A stretch of 64,000 bases of DNA, taken from the NCBI GenBank assembly GCA_965248765.1, contig CBDFKF010000001.1, positions 134,772 to 198,771 on the forward strand. Reading direction: 5' to 3'. A model generated the notes under the pieces. That model searched no databases and was not told where the DNA came from. It saw nothing but the letters and a program-made list of their open reading frames with translations. Source of the stretch: Alphaproteobacteria bacterium (GTDB lineage: Bacteria; Pseudomonadota; Alphaproteobacteria; VGEJ01). This document shows, piece by piece, positions 49,001-62,892 of the stretch. Position 1 is the first letter of the stretch, and the number at the start of each line of letters is the position of its first letter. The position numbers and the translations under genes are program-made.

Positions 49001-51354
49001 ACGTTGGTGCTGATCACCGGCGCATCGTCAACCGGTGTCACGGCAAGATCGAAACTCGCCGGGCCGATCGGGGTAGTGCCGTCGGTGACGGTGAAGCTCA
49101 CGCTCGTGGCCGGCGTTTCCGATCCGTCGTGGGCGAACGAGACCACGCCAGCGGCGAGCTGGGCCTGGGTGAAGCTTGCCGCGGGTACGCCGCTCACGCG
49201 GACCTCGCCGTCCCCGGCATCAATCACGGTAAAGGTGATATTGGCATTCGCGGTGCCGGGATCACTGACCTCGAGGAGGGCGGCGCTCAACGCCACCACA
49301 CCGCCTTCGGTCACCGTCGCCCCGGCGTTGGTGGTCAGCGCTGGTGGATCATCGTCGACGACGATCGAGATGACCGAGGCGACGGCGGGACTGCTGTCGT
49401 CGCCGTCGTCTGCAACCACGGTGATCTGCCGCGCCGTCGAGTCGGGATCGTCCGACGGATTGTCAAAGCGGATCTGGCCGATCGCGGTCTGGTAGTCGGC
49501 GAGCGGAGCACTGCCGTTGAGGATGATCTGGCTGGCCGTGACGTTGGCAGAAATACCCGCCGGCAGCGCGCCGTCGACCGAGAGCGAATCATTGCTCTGC
49601 GGGTTGGTCAGCGTGATCGTGACCGACACGAGATCGGCATCGTCCGCGTCGGTGATCAACACATCGACATCCGAGATGGCGATCGGTCCGCCGTTCTCGG
49701 TAAACGCGGTTTGGAACGGTGCTGGTCCGTCGGCATCGAGATCGACGACCGGCGCATCGTTCACCGGCTGGACCGCGATGGTGGCGACGGCGGGATCGCC
49801 GGCGAGGCCGTCGCCGTCGGTGGCGATGACGGTCACCGTGCGGTCGATTGCACTCGGATCCTGGCTCGGATTGTCGAACCGGACCTCGGCGATGGCCGCC
49901 TGGTACTCGGCCGGCGTGGCGATGCCGTCGAGCACCACCTGATCGGCGCTGATGGTCGCGGTGATGCCGCCCGGCAGGGCTCCGGCCACCGACAGGGCGT
50001 CCCCGGCCTGCGGATTGGTCAGCGTGACTGTGACCTGGTTGAGCGTCGGGTTGTCCGGATCGGTGATCAGGACGTCATCGGCGATGGCGATAGGTCCGCC
50101 GTCCTCGGTGAAGGTGGTGGCAAACCCGGTGCCGGCTGCGTCGTCGTCGAGATCGACCCCCGGCGCATCATTGACCCGGGTTACCGCGACCGTGCTCTCG
50201 CCAACGGTGCTTCCGGCGACGGCGTCAAAGGCCTGGAACGCGATCGTGCGGTCGGCCGCCGAGGGATCATCGCCGGTGTTCTCAAAAGTCACCGCGCGTA
50301 GCGCCGCCTGGTACTGGGCGACGGTCGCATTGCCGCTGAGGGTGAGCACGCCGGCGTTGAAGCTGCCGCCGATCTCCGGCGTATCGGCGAACGCCAACAC
50401 ATCGTTGGGATCGAGGTTGGCGGTGATCGAGACCGTTGCGCCAACGAGCTCAGTGTCGTCGACGTCGTCGAGGACGATGCCGCCGTTGACGATCTGCGGC
50501 GCGTCGTTCTCGGTGTAGTCGAGTGTCGCGGCCGGCACCGTGAGGTCCGGCGGATTGTTCATCGGGGCAACTGTGATCGTGTTGAAGGTGCTGTCCGCAT
50601 CGAGGCCGTCGCTCGCGACCACCTCGAGGATGCGGTCGGTCGGGTCCGGGTCCCCGGAGTCGTTGTCGAAGCGGACCTGGGCGATCGCGGTCTCGTAGTC
50701 CGCGAGTAGAGCACTGCCGCTCAGGACGATCTGGTTGGTGGTGACGTTGGCAGATATACCCGCCGGCAGCGCGCCGGCGACGGAGAGCGCATCACCGCTT
50801 TGCGGGTTGGTCAGCGTGATTGTTACTGACTCGAGGTTCGCATCGTCGACGTCGGTGACCTGAATACTGGGCGATATCGCGACCGGGCCGCCACCCTCGA
50901 CGAACGCTGCGGCGGCTAGCGCTACATCAGGGGCGTCGTTGATTCCGTCGACCGTCAGCGTGACCGTTTCCGGGCCGCTGGTCGCGCTGTGGCTGTCCGT
51001 CGCTTGGTAGGTAAAGCTGACTTGGCGGCTCTCGCCCGGGGCGAGGTCGTCAAAATCGGCGCCGGGATTGAACGTGAAGGTGCCGTCCGGGTTGGTGACG
51101 ACCGAGCCGTCGCCCGGCGCGAGATCGTCGACGATCGAATAGCTCAGGCTCGCGGTGTCGTCGTCGGAGTCAACATCGTCGCCGCCAAAGGACCGGGTGA
51201 TGGCGTTGTCCTCATCGGCATCGCTAACGGCGACCACCGCGACGGTAGGCGCATCGTTGACGCCGGTGACCGTGATCTCGGCGCCATGGCTGTCGGTTGC
51301 TGTGTAGTCGAAAGTGACGGTGCGGGCCTCGCCGAGCGCCAGATCCTGGTAGAA
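46063..51354 (-). CDS. Large repetitive adhesin (Ig/VCBS, cadherin-like repeats, DUF4114-like, RTX C-terminus), 5'-truncated
   Basis: VNDAP repeats, YAHDGSE repeats, GFEDLLGGGDADYQDVIF, GGxGxD nonapeptides; repeat homology runs up to an in-frame stop at 51355 with no convincing start. Confidence 0.85.
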   Translation of the reverse strand, partial: FYQDLALGEARTVTFDYTATDSHGAEITVTGVNDAPTVAVVAVSDADEDNAITRSFGGDDVDSDDDTASLSYSIVDDLAPGDGSVVTNPDGTFTFNPGADFDDLAPGESRQVSFTYQATDSHSATSGPETVTLTVDGINDAPDVALAAAAFVEGGGPVAISPSIQVTDVDDANLESVTITLTNPQSGDALSVAGALPAGISANVTTNQIVLSGSALLADYETAIAQVRFDNDSGDPDPTDRILEVVASDGLDADSTFNTITVAPMNNPPDLTVPAATLDYTENDAPQIVNGGIVLDDVDDTELVGATVSITANLDPNDVLAFADTPEIGGSFNAGVLTLSGNATVAQYQAALRAVTFENTGDDPSAADRTIAFQAFDAVAGSTVGESTVAVTRVNDAPGVDLDDDAAGTGFATTFTEDGGPIAIADDVLITDPDNPTLNQVTVTLTNPQAGDALSVAGALPGGITATISADQVVLDGIATPAEYQAAIAEVRFDNPSQDPSAIDRTVTVIATDGDGLAGDPAVATIAVQPVNDAPVVDLDADGPAPFQTAFTENGGPIAISDVDVLITDADDADLVSVTITLTNPQSNDSLSVDGALPAGISANVTASQIILNGSAPLADYQTAIGQIRFDNPSDDPDSTARQITVVADDGDDSSPAVASVISIVVDDDPPALTTNAGATVTEGGVVALSAALLEVSDPGTANANITFTVIDAGDGEVRVSGVPAASFTQAQLAAGVVSFAHDGSETPATSVSFTVTDGTTPIGPASFDLAVTPVDDAPVISTNVGATVAEGAEVTLTAALLTVSDADTAAADIIYAVTDAGAGEVRVGGIAVASFTQADLNAGLISYAHDGSEAPATSFSFTVTDGTTTLAAASFDITIDPAVDDPPEITTNAGATVAEGGVVALSATLLAVTDPDTAAADIVYTVTDAGAGEVRVNGIPATNFTQAELNGGLVSYAHDGSDGSTTGFSFTVSDDTTTLAAASFDITVTADDDPPEITTNTGATVAEGGEFFLSAASLDVTDPDTADGNITYTVSDAGAGEIRVGGVGTTSFTQAELNAGLISYAHDGSEAPATSFSFTVTDGTTTLAAASFDITIDPAVDDPPEITTNAGATVTEGGEVVLGATVLAATDPDTADVDIIYTVNDAGASEVRVGGIAATNFTQAELIGGLVSYAHDGSPGTATSISFTVSDGTTTLPPASFAFTVEALTGDPPSVLLSACSLDIALEVATPVFPDVGEGASIDPADVQGVIPADLIITEEGSITVTFASENAGFRSTLGFYKIAPDGTITDPEIIFENASEAGSGGSLQPGISSVVLAGLAVGDQIGFFLIANGSTLNDDYAGIDFGTSTLEFRNGIGDPAKVTDATPTFHVVPSGGGPEVELEGNIFHTRAFESATLGLNPDGIQHAISGADSATGEMQIGFEDLLGGGDADYQDVIFRVDPVPNDVELLPATTLDPGLIVQSPDALPLIQAVISIDGALAGDRLALDENLFTILNGDIDGTPLSIVGDGTDTIMLTGEASAAQYQDVLRAIRFENPVRNSDTGARDVTFSATDLEGKTSAEATLSVTVTEPNPCAPCAPCAPALIVGTEGDDDLVGDGDDEILVGGSGDDQLFGNGGVDALIGGVGIDELTGGTGADRFEFRTLAEISADLAGADTVTDFASGTDSFVFDGAVFADAIKTGTSDEIAFAVVDNSDGTAPYDGTGGDGTGGSSGLDQAGFVYEITADGGILYYDSDPVDPGYTVVAAVQGDQVTADDIKIE

Positions 51355-51627
51355 TCACTGTGCGATTGGTACAACCGACGGCCGCGACAAAGACGGTATA
51401 AAGCGGCGACGGTTGCCGCCGGCGTGCGGGTGTCGTGGGACATTGCCGCACAACGGTCTCAATGCGTCACCCGCGGTGTACCGGATCATAAACCCGCGTA
51501 TCGACGACGGGAGCATGCCATAGCTGAGCGCGGACACAGCCTTACGGTGCTGTGTTGCTACGCATTCTGTCGATCGTGACGTAACTCCTTGGTATACAGA
51601 GAGAATACGCCGACGACAAGTGCCGAG

Positions 51628-52098
51628 CTAGGCGACAGCGGCGCTCTCGGCGCCTGGCCGGGGAAATCGGCTATTGAAAGTGAAGGCTGTCGGGCTCGGC
51701 CCAATGCGCCGCAGCTCGTCGAGCCGGGCCTTTCCTTCGGCGACCGACGGGACGTGGCCGGCGGGAACCCACCACATCACGAGGGTGGGGGCGTCGGCCT
51801 TTTCAAACCAGCGCCCGCGATCACGCAGCAGCTCGCCATGGTCGCTGCGGTAGGCGAAGGCGAGGAGATCCTCGATACCCCGCCAGACCGACATGTTGAT
51901 GAGGATGTCGTCATCATCGTATGGGCGTATCGCAGTAGCATTGCCCCCGTCGTCGGCGAGACGCCAGATGAAGCCGGGGCTTTCGTCGGCGAGCGCGTTG
52001 ATCTCGTCGAGGCGGGCGACGAAGTCGGCCATCCCCGGATGTTCGATCTCGTAGCGCATGCGGCCGATGTTGAACTGGGCGAGGTGGTAATCCGACAT
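51628..52098 (-). CDS. DUF3291 family protein
   Basis: HLAQFNI, SPGFIWRL, NMSVW, WWVPAGH, GPSPTAFTF. Confidence 0.88.
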   Translation of the reverse strand: MSDYHLAQFNIGRMRYEIEHPGMADFVARLDEINALADESPGFIWRLADDGGNATAIRPYDDDDILINMSVWRGIEDLLAFAYRSDHGELLRDRGRWFEKADAPTLVMWWVPAGHVPSVAEGKARLDELRRIGPSPTAFTFNSRFPRPGAESAAVA

Positions 52099-52191
52099 GG
52101 GGCCACTGTTCGATTTTCTACAATCGGGCGTCGATAGTGCGCGGTCGAGAGACTAACCTGCCGGCGGTAGCGACGAAAGGAGCCCGCATCC

Positions 52192-52854
52192 ATGGCATTG
52201 ATCATCAACGAGGCGCCCGCTGAGCGCCTGTCCGATACGGAACTCGCCGCCTGGCGTAACATCCCGCCCGCGGTAATCAGCGATGAGCTGAACCGCTCGG
52301 GCGCGATGGCGGCCGCGATCAAGCCGCTTGCGCCGGGCATGGCCTGCGTCGGGCAAGCGCTGACGGTGCAGTGCATGGTGGGCGACAACGCGCCGTTGCA
52401 CTACGCCGTGACCAAGGCGTGGCCGGGCGCGGTGGTGGTGGCCGATGCTCGCGGTCACACCGACACCGCGGTGTGGGGCGGCATCCTGACGTTTGCCGCG
52501 AAGCAGCGGGGGATCGTCGGCGTGGTCGTCGATGGCGGTGTGCGCGACGTGGCCGAGCTACGCGAATCGGGCATCGCGGTGTTCGCCCGCGGCGCGGTGC
52601 CACGCGGCCCCCATAAGGGCTTTGGCGGTGAAATCAACGGCGCGGTGCAATGCGGTGGCGTCGCGGTCGATCCCGGGGACCTGATCGTCGCCGACGATGA
52701 CGGGGTGGTGGTGATTACGCCGGCGCAACGGGCCGGCCTGCTCGAACGCTGCCAGGCGCGCATTGCCAAGGAGCAGGAGATGCTCGCGGGCCTGAAGGCG
52801 GGCAAGACGACGGTGGAACTGAGCGGCATGCCGCCGCCCGAGAAGATCGGCTAG
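52192..52854 (+). CDS. RraA family / HMG aldolase-like protein
   Basis: GQALTV, GDN, AVWGG, DGGVRD, PGDLIVADDDGVV. Confidence 0.9.
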   Translation: MALIINEAPAERLSDTELAAWRNIPPAVISDELNRSGAMAAAIKPLAPGMACVGQALTVQCMVGDNAPLHYAVTKAWPGAVVVADARGHTDTAVWGGILTFAAKQRGIVGVVVDGGVRDVAELRESGIAVFARGAVPRGPHKGFGGEINGAVQCGGVAVDPGDLIVADDDGVVVITPAQRAGLLERCQARIAKEQEMLAGLKAGKTTVELSGMPPPEKIG

Positions 52855-52975
52855 GGTGAGAAGGAGAAGTGCGCCGCAACTCTTCGAACATCGACCGATC
52901 TGCAGTGTGGGGTAGCGTGCGGCGCAACGACGGCCGCGTGGCTGATCGACGAAGCGCGTAACTTTCCAGCTTGCG

Positions 52976-54351
52976 CTAAATGATCTCGAAGTAGCGGGCG
53001 AGCTCCCAGTCGGTCACGGTGTCACGAAAGCGAGCGGCCTCTGCCTCGCGGGTGGTCGCGAAGTGATCGACGAAGACATCGCCAAACAGCTTGCGCGCGG
53101 CGGTCGAGCGGCGGAAGCGCTGAGCCGCCTCGGTCAGTGAAGCGGGAAAGCGCTGCCGTACCGGGGGTGACTTGGCGTAGGCATTGCCCTTGGTCGCGCG
53201 CGAGGGTTCCAGTCGATGCTCGATGCCATAGAGGCCGGCGCCGAGTGCCGGTGCATAGGCGAGGTAGGGATTGACGTCGGCGCCGCTCGGGCGGAACTCG
53301 ATACGGGTGTGCTCGGGCGCGGGCCCGGGAATCACGCGAAGCGCGCAGGTCCGGTTCTCAATGCCCCAGTTTGCCGCGGTCGGGGCCCACGCGCCGGGCG
53401 CGAAGCGTCGGTACGAGTTGATGGTGGGAGCGATCAGGGCGAAGAACTCCGGCAGCAGTGCCTGCTGACCGGCGAGGAAATGGCGCAGCGTCGCGTTCAT
53501 CGTCTTGTCGGCCGCGGCGAAGTGGAAGCGGGGCCGGCCGGTATCGGTGTCGCGGAGCGAGAGGTGGAGATGGGCGCTCTGCCCGGGGACACCCGCATCC
53601 CACCGCGCCATGAACGTCGCGATCAGGTTCTCGCGCTGGGCGGCGATCTTGGTGAAGGTCTTGAAGATGACCGCCCGATCGGCGACCGCGACATCGGCAT
53701 CGGCGGCGATCGCGGCTTCGATGGCGCCGGGCCCAACCTCTTCGTGGCAGCCTTCGAGCGGCATGTCCATGGCCAGGAACAGGCTCAGGAGGCGCTGGTA
53801 GAACGGCGAAGCGACGGTCGCGCGCAGCACCGAGTAGCCGAAGTTGCCCGGGGTGAGTGAATTCAGGTCGCGGTAGTTCTTCTCCCGCACTGAGTGCGGC
53901 GTTTCCTGGAACATGAAGAACTCGTACTCAAAGCCGCCGTAGGGGACGAAGCCCATGGCGCGGGCCTTGCCGACCATGCGCCGCGCCAGCGACCGCGTGC
54001 AGTACGCCTCCGTCGCCTCATCGAACTCGCACAGGAAGAACAGCCCGCCACCATCGAAGTCGAAGGGCACCCCGCGGCACGTCTCCGGCACGATCCGCAT
54101 CGGCGCGTCGGCAAAGCCGGCGTGCCAGCCGGTGGTCTTGGTCTCCACGACGTCATCGTCGATGCCGAAGCTGATGAGGTCGCGGAGCGCGTGGATGCCG
54201 TGCTCGAGCGCGGAGAAGAACTTGACGCGCGAGATGTACTTGCCGCGGATGATGCCGTCGATGTCGACGAAGCCGATCTTGACGTAGTCGAGGTTCCGCT
54301 CCTCGACGATCTGGCGCGCATCCTCGGCGCTTTGACCTCCAGTGGCCGCAT
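52976..54351 (-). pseudogene. Glutamine synthetase-like (gamma-glutamyl ligase) with 1-nt frameshift near the 5' end
   Basis: DIDGIIRGK, EYEFF, HEEVGPG, ATFMA, NWGIENRT, IEFR; ATG 54351 with RBS is out of frame at the A-run near 54331-54333. Confidence 0.8.
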
Positions 54352-54431
54352 TGCCCGGTCCCTCCCACGCACAGTCGAGACGCCAGACTATAGCGTGCGC
54401 TGGCCGCCGCCAGTAGCGGCGCGGTCCGGTA

Positions 54432-58037
<3,606 letters not shown>

Positions 58038-58205
58038 ATGCCTGGGCGAAGCGGGTCCGACGGGAGGGCGCCGCCACTTTAGCCGAGAGCCGCGCCGGTC
58101 GCCCACACAAACCCTCGCTCGCGTTCAGGTGCTCGGCCCTGTTCACGCGCCCAGCCCGCCGCTAAGCTCGATCGGCACCAGATTGGGCGGGAAGGGGAGG
58201 CGCAA

Positions 58206-58979
58206 ATGGCCTATGAGACGATCGTCTGCGAAACGCATGGGCCGATCGGCCTGATCCGTCTCAACCGGCCCGAGGTGCTGAACGCGCTCAACGCGGTGCT
58301 GATCGACGAGGTGTCGCAGGCGCTCGACGAGTTCGAAGCCTCGGACGCGATCGGCGCGATGGTCCTGACCGGCAACGAGCGGGCGTTCGCGGCCGGCGCC
58401 GACATCAAAGAAATGCGGGATCGTACCGCCATCGACGTATACAGCGGGGAGTTCATCAGCCGCTGGGAGCGCATCGCCCAGTGTCGCAAGCCGGTCATCG
58501 CCGCCGTTGCCGGCGTGGCGCTCGGCGGTGGCTGTGAAATCGCGATGATGTGCGATTTCATCCTGGCCGCGGACACCGCCAAGTTCGGCCAACCCGAGAT
58601 ACGCATTGGCACCATACCCGGCGCCGGCGGCTCTCAGCGGCTCACCCGCTTCGTCGGCAAATCGAAGGCCATGGAGATGATCCTGACCGGACGCTTGATG
58701 GACGCCGAAGAGGCTGAGCGAGCCGGGCTGGTCAGCCGAGTCGTGCCCGCGGATAAGCTGATCGATGAGGCGCTAGAGGCAGCGACAACGATCGCCGAGT
58801 TCTCGCGCCCCAGCGTCATGATGGCCAAGGAGGCGATCAACCGGGCCTATGAGACGACGCTCGCCGAGGGGGCCCGGTTCGAGCGGCGGTTGTTCTACCT
58901 GACGTTCGCCACCGAGGACCGTGCCGAAGGCATGGCCGCCTTCGTCGAGAAGCGGAAGCCTGACTTCCGCCACCGCTGA
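58206..58979 (+). CDS. Enoyl-CoA hydratase
   Basis: [32 protein letters not shown]. Confidence 0.95.
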   Translation: MAYETIVCETHGPIGLIRLNRPEVLNALNAVLIDEVSQALDEFEASDAIGAMVLTGNERAFAAGADIKEMRDRTAIDVYSGEFISRWERIAQCRKPVIAAVAGVALGGGCEIAMMCDFILAADTAKFGQPEIRIGTIPGAGGSQRLTRFVGKSKAMEMILTGRLMDAEEAERAGLVSRVVPADKLIDEALEAATTIAEFSRPSVMMAKEAINRAYETTLAEGARFERRLFYLTFATEDRAEGMAAFVEKRKPDFRHR

Positions 58980-59029
58980 GAATCGACGATGTCTGATGGC
59001 GTTCGCCACCAGCGCCGCGACCGGCACTG

Positions 59030-60169
59030 ATGGACTTCGAGCTCTCTGAAGAACAGCGCGCCTTCCAGGCGCTGGCGCGCGACTTCGCGGCCGACAAGCT
59101 GGCGCCCCATGCCGCCGAATGGGACGAGAACGAGATCTTTCCGGAGGAGGCCTTGCGGGCCGCCGCGGCGCTCGGCTTCGCCGGCATCTATATCGGCGAG
59201 GACGTCGGCGGCGCGGGGCTCAGCCGGCTCGATTCCACGCTGATCTTGGAAGAGTTGGCCGGCGGCTGCACCTCGACCGCTGCCTACATCTCTATCCATA
59301 ACATGGCGGCGTGGATGATCGATCGCTTCGGCGATTCGACACAGCGCAACAAATGGCTGCCGCAACTTTGCAGCATGGAGAGCTTCGCGAGCTATTGCCT
59401 GACCGAGCCCGGCGCCGGCTCGGATGCCGCGGCGCTCAAAACAAAGGCTGAGCGCGACGGGGATCATTACGTCCTCAACGGGACCAAGGCCTTCACCTCC
59501 GGCGGTTCGGCATCGGGCTTGTACGTCTGCATGGTGCGCACCGGCGCGGCGGGCGCAGGCGGCATCTCGTGCGTCGTTGTTGAGGACGGGACGCCGGGAC
59601 TGAGCTTCGGCCGGCGTGAGAAGAAGCTCGGTTGGCACAGCCAGCCGACGACGATGGTGACTTTCAGCGATTGCCGGGTGCCGGTCGCGAACCGGATCGC
59701 CGCCGAGGGCGATGGCTTCAAGATTGCCATGCAGGGGCTGGACGGCGGCCGCCTCAACATCGGTGCGTGTTCGCTAGGCGCCGGGCGCGCGTGCCTGACG
59801 GCAGCGACCGATTACCTGAAAGGTCGCGAGCAGTTCGGGCGCAAGCTGGCCGAATTCCAGGCGTTGCAATTCAAGCTCGCCGATATGGCGACCGAGCTCG
59901 AGGCCGCGCGCCTGTTGCTATGGCGGGCGGCTCGCGCGGTGGATACGGATGCGGCCGAGGCGACGCTGCAGGCGGCGATGGCGAAACGGTTCGCGACCGA
60001 CGTCGGCTTCGCCGTGGTCAACGAGGCCCTGCAGATACACGGCGGCTATGGGTACCTCCGCGATTTCCCGATCGAGCGCTACCTGCGCGACGTGCGAGTC
60101 CATCAGATCCTCGAAGGGACGAACGAGATCATGCGGGTGATCATCGCCCGCAAGCTGCTGGACGCGTGA
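59030..60169 (+). CDS. Acyl-CoA dehydrogenase (isobutyryl-CoA dehydrogenase-like)
   Basis: [34 protein letters not shown]. Confidence 0.93.
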   Translation: MDFELSEEQRAFQALARDFAADKLAPHAAEWDENEIFPEEALRAAAALGFAGIYIGEDVGGAGLSRLDSTLILEELAGGCTSTAAYISIHNMAAWMIDRFGDSTQRNKWLPQLCSMESFASYCLTEPGAGSDAAALKTKAERDGDHYVLNGTKAFTSGGSASGLYVCMVRTGAAGAGGISCVVVEDGTPGLSFGRREKKLGWHSQPTTMVTFSDCRVPVANRIAAEGDGFKIAMQGLDGGRLNIGACSLGAGRACLTAATDYLKGREQFGRKLAEFQALQFKLADMATELEAARLLLWRAARAVDTDAAEATLQAAMAKRFATDVGFAVVNEALQIHGGYGYLRDFPIERYLRDVRVHQILEGTNEIMRVIIARKLLDA

Positions 60170-61236
60170 GCAGGCGCGTGGCCGAAACCGACATTCTATT
60201 CGAGCGGCAAGGCGGGATCGGCCTGATCACGCTCAACCGTCCGGACGCGCTCAATGCCCTTACCCACGAGATGAGCCTCGCCATGCACGCGATGCTGCGG
60301 CGCTGGGAGGCCGATGCGGCGGTCGGCGCAGTGGTGGTGCGCGGGGCCGGCGAGCGCGCTTTTTGCGCCGGTGGTGACATTCACGCGCTCTACCGCGCGC
60401 GCGCGACCGACTTGGCGTGGTCTTACCGCTTTTATTGGGATGAGTATCGGCTCAACGCCTACATCAAGCACTTCACGAAGCCATACGTCGCGCTGATCGA
60501 CGGGATCGTGATGGGCGGCGGCGGCGGCGTCTCGGTCCACGGCTCGCACCGGGTGGTGAGCGAAAAGGCGTTGTTCGCGATGCCGGAGACCGGCATCGGC
60601 CTGTTCCCGGACGTCGGTGGCACCTATTTCTTGCCGCGGTGCCCTGGCGAGATTGGTCTTTTTCTGGGCCTGACCGGCGAGCGGCTGCGGGCGGCCGATA
60701 TGCTGTTCGCCGGCATCGCTACCCATCACGTGTCATCGGATCAGCTCGATGCCGTCGCGGAGGCGCTGGCGGCCGATCCTGGCGCCATCGACGATATTCT
60801 GCGCGACAACGCAGCGGCGACCGAGAACGAGAACCCGATGCTGCGGCGGCTCACCCGCGACATCGATGCGTTGTTCGGTAAGGACTCGGTCGAGGCCATC
60901 CTCGGTCCGCTGGCGCGTGATCCGAGCCCGTGGGCCGAGAGGATCGCGGAAATTATCCACGCCAAGTCGCCGACCAGCCTGAAGGTGACGTTCCGCCAGC
61001 TTCGCGAAGGGCGGGACCTCTCCTTCGATGATTGCATGCGCCTCGAATACCGATTGGTGCGCCGCTTCATGCGGGGGCACGATTTCTACGAAGGTATCCG
61101 GGCCGCGGTCATCGACAAGGACCGGGCGCCGATGTGGCAGCCGGCGAGCCTCGATGCGGTCACGGGCGACGATCTCGATCACTACTTCGAGAACCTGGGC
61201 GAAGACGAGCTCAACCTCGAGGACTTGGGCGGTTAG
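60166..61236 (+). CDS. 3-hydroxyisobutyryl-CoA hydrolase (crotonase family)
   Basis: [34 protein letters not shown]. Confidence 0.92.
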   Translation: MSRRVAETDILFERQGGIGLITLNRPDALNALTHEMSLAMHAMLRRWEADAAVGAVVVRGAGERAFCAGGDIHALYRARATDLAWSYRFYWDEYRLNAYIKHFTKPYVALIDGIVMGGGGGVSVHGSHRVVSEKALFAMPETGIGLFPDVGGTYFLPRCPGEIGLFLGLTGERLRAADMLFAGIATHHVSSDQLDAVAEALAADPGAIDDILRDNAAATENENPMLRRLTRDIDALFGKDSVEAILGPLARDPSPWAERIAEIIHAKSPTSLKVTFRQLREGRDLSFDDCMRLEYRLVRRFMRGHDFYEGIRAAVIDKDRAPMWQPASLDAVTGDDLDHYFENLGEDELNLEDLGG

Positions 61237-61246
61237 GGAGGGGACG

Positions 61247-62134
61247 ATGACGGAGATCGGTTTCATCGGACTGGGCAACATGGGCAAGCCGATGGTCCGC
61301 AACCTGGCGGCTGCTGGCCACACGATCCGTGCGTTCGACATCGTTGCCAGTGCGGCGGAGGCCGCGGGAGTGCCGGCGGCGGCCTCGGCGCAAGATGCCG
61401 TCGCCGGTGTCGACATCGCGATCACCATGCTGCCGGCGGGCCCGCAGGTGCGCGAGGTCTATCTCGGCGACGGCGGTATCTTGGATGCCGTGGGCGGCGA
61501 GACGCTGCTGATCGACTGCTCGACGATCGATGTGGCGACGGCGCGCGAGGTCAGCGCCGCGGCCACCGCGCGCGGCCTCGCCGTGGTCGATGCGCCGGTC
61601 TCGGGCGGCGTGGCCGGTGCCGAGGCGGCGGGCCTCACCTTCATGGTCGGCGGTGCGGAAGCCGCGTTCGCACGGGCCGAGCCGATCCTCCAGGCAATGG
61701 GCAAGACTATCGTGCATGCCGGTGGGGCCGGCAACGGCCAGGCCGCCAAGATCTGCAATAACATGATCCTCGCCGTCTCGATGATCGGGGTCTCGGAGGC
61801 CTTCGTGCTGGCCGAACGCTTAGGCCTCGATCACCAGAAGCTGTTCGACATCGTCTCCACCGCCTCGGGCCAGTGCTGGGCGCTCACCACCTATTGTCCG
61901 GTGCCGGGGCCGGTGCCGACCTCGCCGGCCAATCGCGACTATCAGGCGGGGTTTACCGCCGCGATGATGCTCAAGGACTTGCGGCTCGCCCAGGATGCGG
62001 CACAGAAGGCGGGTGCTGCCACTCCGCTCGGTGCCGGTGCCGCCGCGCTCTACGCGCTGTTCGACGGTACCGGCCAGGGCGCGCGCGATTTCTCCGGCAT
62101 CATCGAGTTGATCCGCGGGACCGCCGCTAGCTGA
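61247..62134 (+). CDS. mmsB: 3-hydroxyisobutyrate dehydrogenase
   Basis: GFIGLGNMG, DAPVSGG, AKICNNM, YCPVPGPVPTSPAN. Confidence 0.95.
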   Translation: MTEIGFIGLGNMGKPMVRNLAAAGHTIRAFDIVASAAEAAGVPAAASAQDAVAGVDIAITMLPAGPQVREVYLGDGGILDAVGGETLLIDCSTIDVATAREVSAAATARGLAVVDAPVSGGVAGAEAAGLTFMVGGAEAAFARAEPILQAMGKTIVHAGGAGNGQAAKICNNMILAVSMIGVSEAFVLAERLGLDHQKLFDIVSTASGQCWALTTYCPVPGPVPTSPANRDYQAGFTAAMMLKDLRLAQDAAQKAGAATPLGAGAAALYALFDGTGQGARDFSGIIELIRGTAAS

Positions 62135-62163
62135 TCGGCACGCGGTTCGGCGGGGGCTGTGCC

Positions 62164-62820
62164 CTATTCGGCGGCGACCAGGCTGGTACGGCGCTCGGCC
62201 AGGGCGCGGCGCACCACCTGCGCGGAAGCGAACAGCGCCAGGCCGGCCATGATGGCGGCGACCGCAAGGTCGGGCCACACCGTGCCGGTGCCCAACACTC
62301 CGAGGGCGGCGACGACGACGGCGAGATTGCCGATGGCATCGTTGCGGCTGCACAGCCACACCGAGCGCATGTTGGAATCGCCGCCGCGATAGCGGTAGAG
62401 GAGCGCGGCGACGCTGAGGTTGACGACGAGCGCAAGTATCCCGGTGGCGCCCATGACCTCAGGCACGGGGAGCGGTTGGGTCCAGGCGGCATGGGCCGCA
62501 CTGCCGAGCACCCAGGTGCCGAACAGCGCCATCGCGATGCCTTTGACAAGCGCCGCGGTGGCGCGGTGGGCGAGGCTCATGCCGAGGACGGCGAGGCTGA
62601 TGCCGTAGGTCAGCGCATCGCCGAGGAAGTCGAGCGTATCGGCCTGCAGCGCCACCGAATCGGCGCTGAGGCCGGCCGCCATCTCGAACACGAACATCGC
62701 GGCGTTGAGTACGGGCGCGATGACGAGCACGCGCCGCACACCGGGCGCGCTAAACCCGGAGAGCGTGGCCGTACTGCAACAGGTTTGGACCGATTCCTCG
62801 CGCTGCCTGGACAACAACAT
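62164..62820 (-). CDS. Cation diffusion facilitator (Co/Zn/Cd) transporter, short form; start uncertain
   Basis: SVALQADTLDFLGD, NMRSVWLCSRNDAIGN; N-terminal CC. Confidence 0.88.
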   Translation of the reverse strand: MLLSRQREESVQTCCSTATLSGFSAPGVRRVLVIAPVLNAAMFVFEMAAGLSADSVALQADTLDFLGDALTYGISLAVLGMSLAHRATAALVKGIAMALFGTWVLGSAAHAAWTQPLPVPEVMGATGILALVVNLSVAALLYRYRGGDSNMRSVWLCSRNDAIGNLAVVVAALGVLGTGTVWPDLAVAAIMAGLALFASAQVVRRALAERRTSLVAAE

Positions 62821-62840
62821 ATGAACATATATTCATATGT
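62817..62840. promoter_or_regulatory. ArsR/SmtB-type operator palindrome
   Basis: ACATATGAA-CATATA-TTCATATGT perfect 9-6-9 inverted repeat just upstream of the CDF gene. Confidence 0.75.
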
Positions 62841-62892
62841 TGGGCGGAATGTCGATGGGGCTACATCGCCCGTTGCAGCGCTGCGCCAGCCG

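Noticed and set aside
52976-54351. Second true glutamine synthetase (glnA)
   Set aside because: Divergent GS-like family without the GSI adenylylation motif; better described as gamma-glutamyl ligase-like, and frameshifted.
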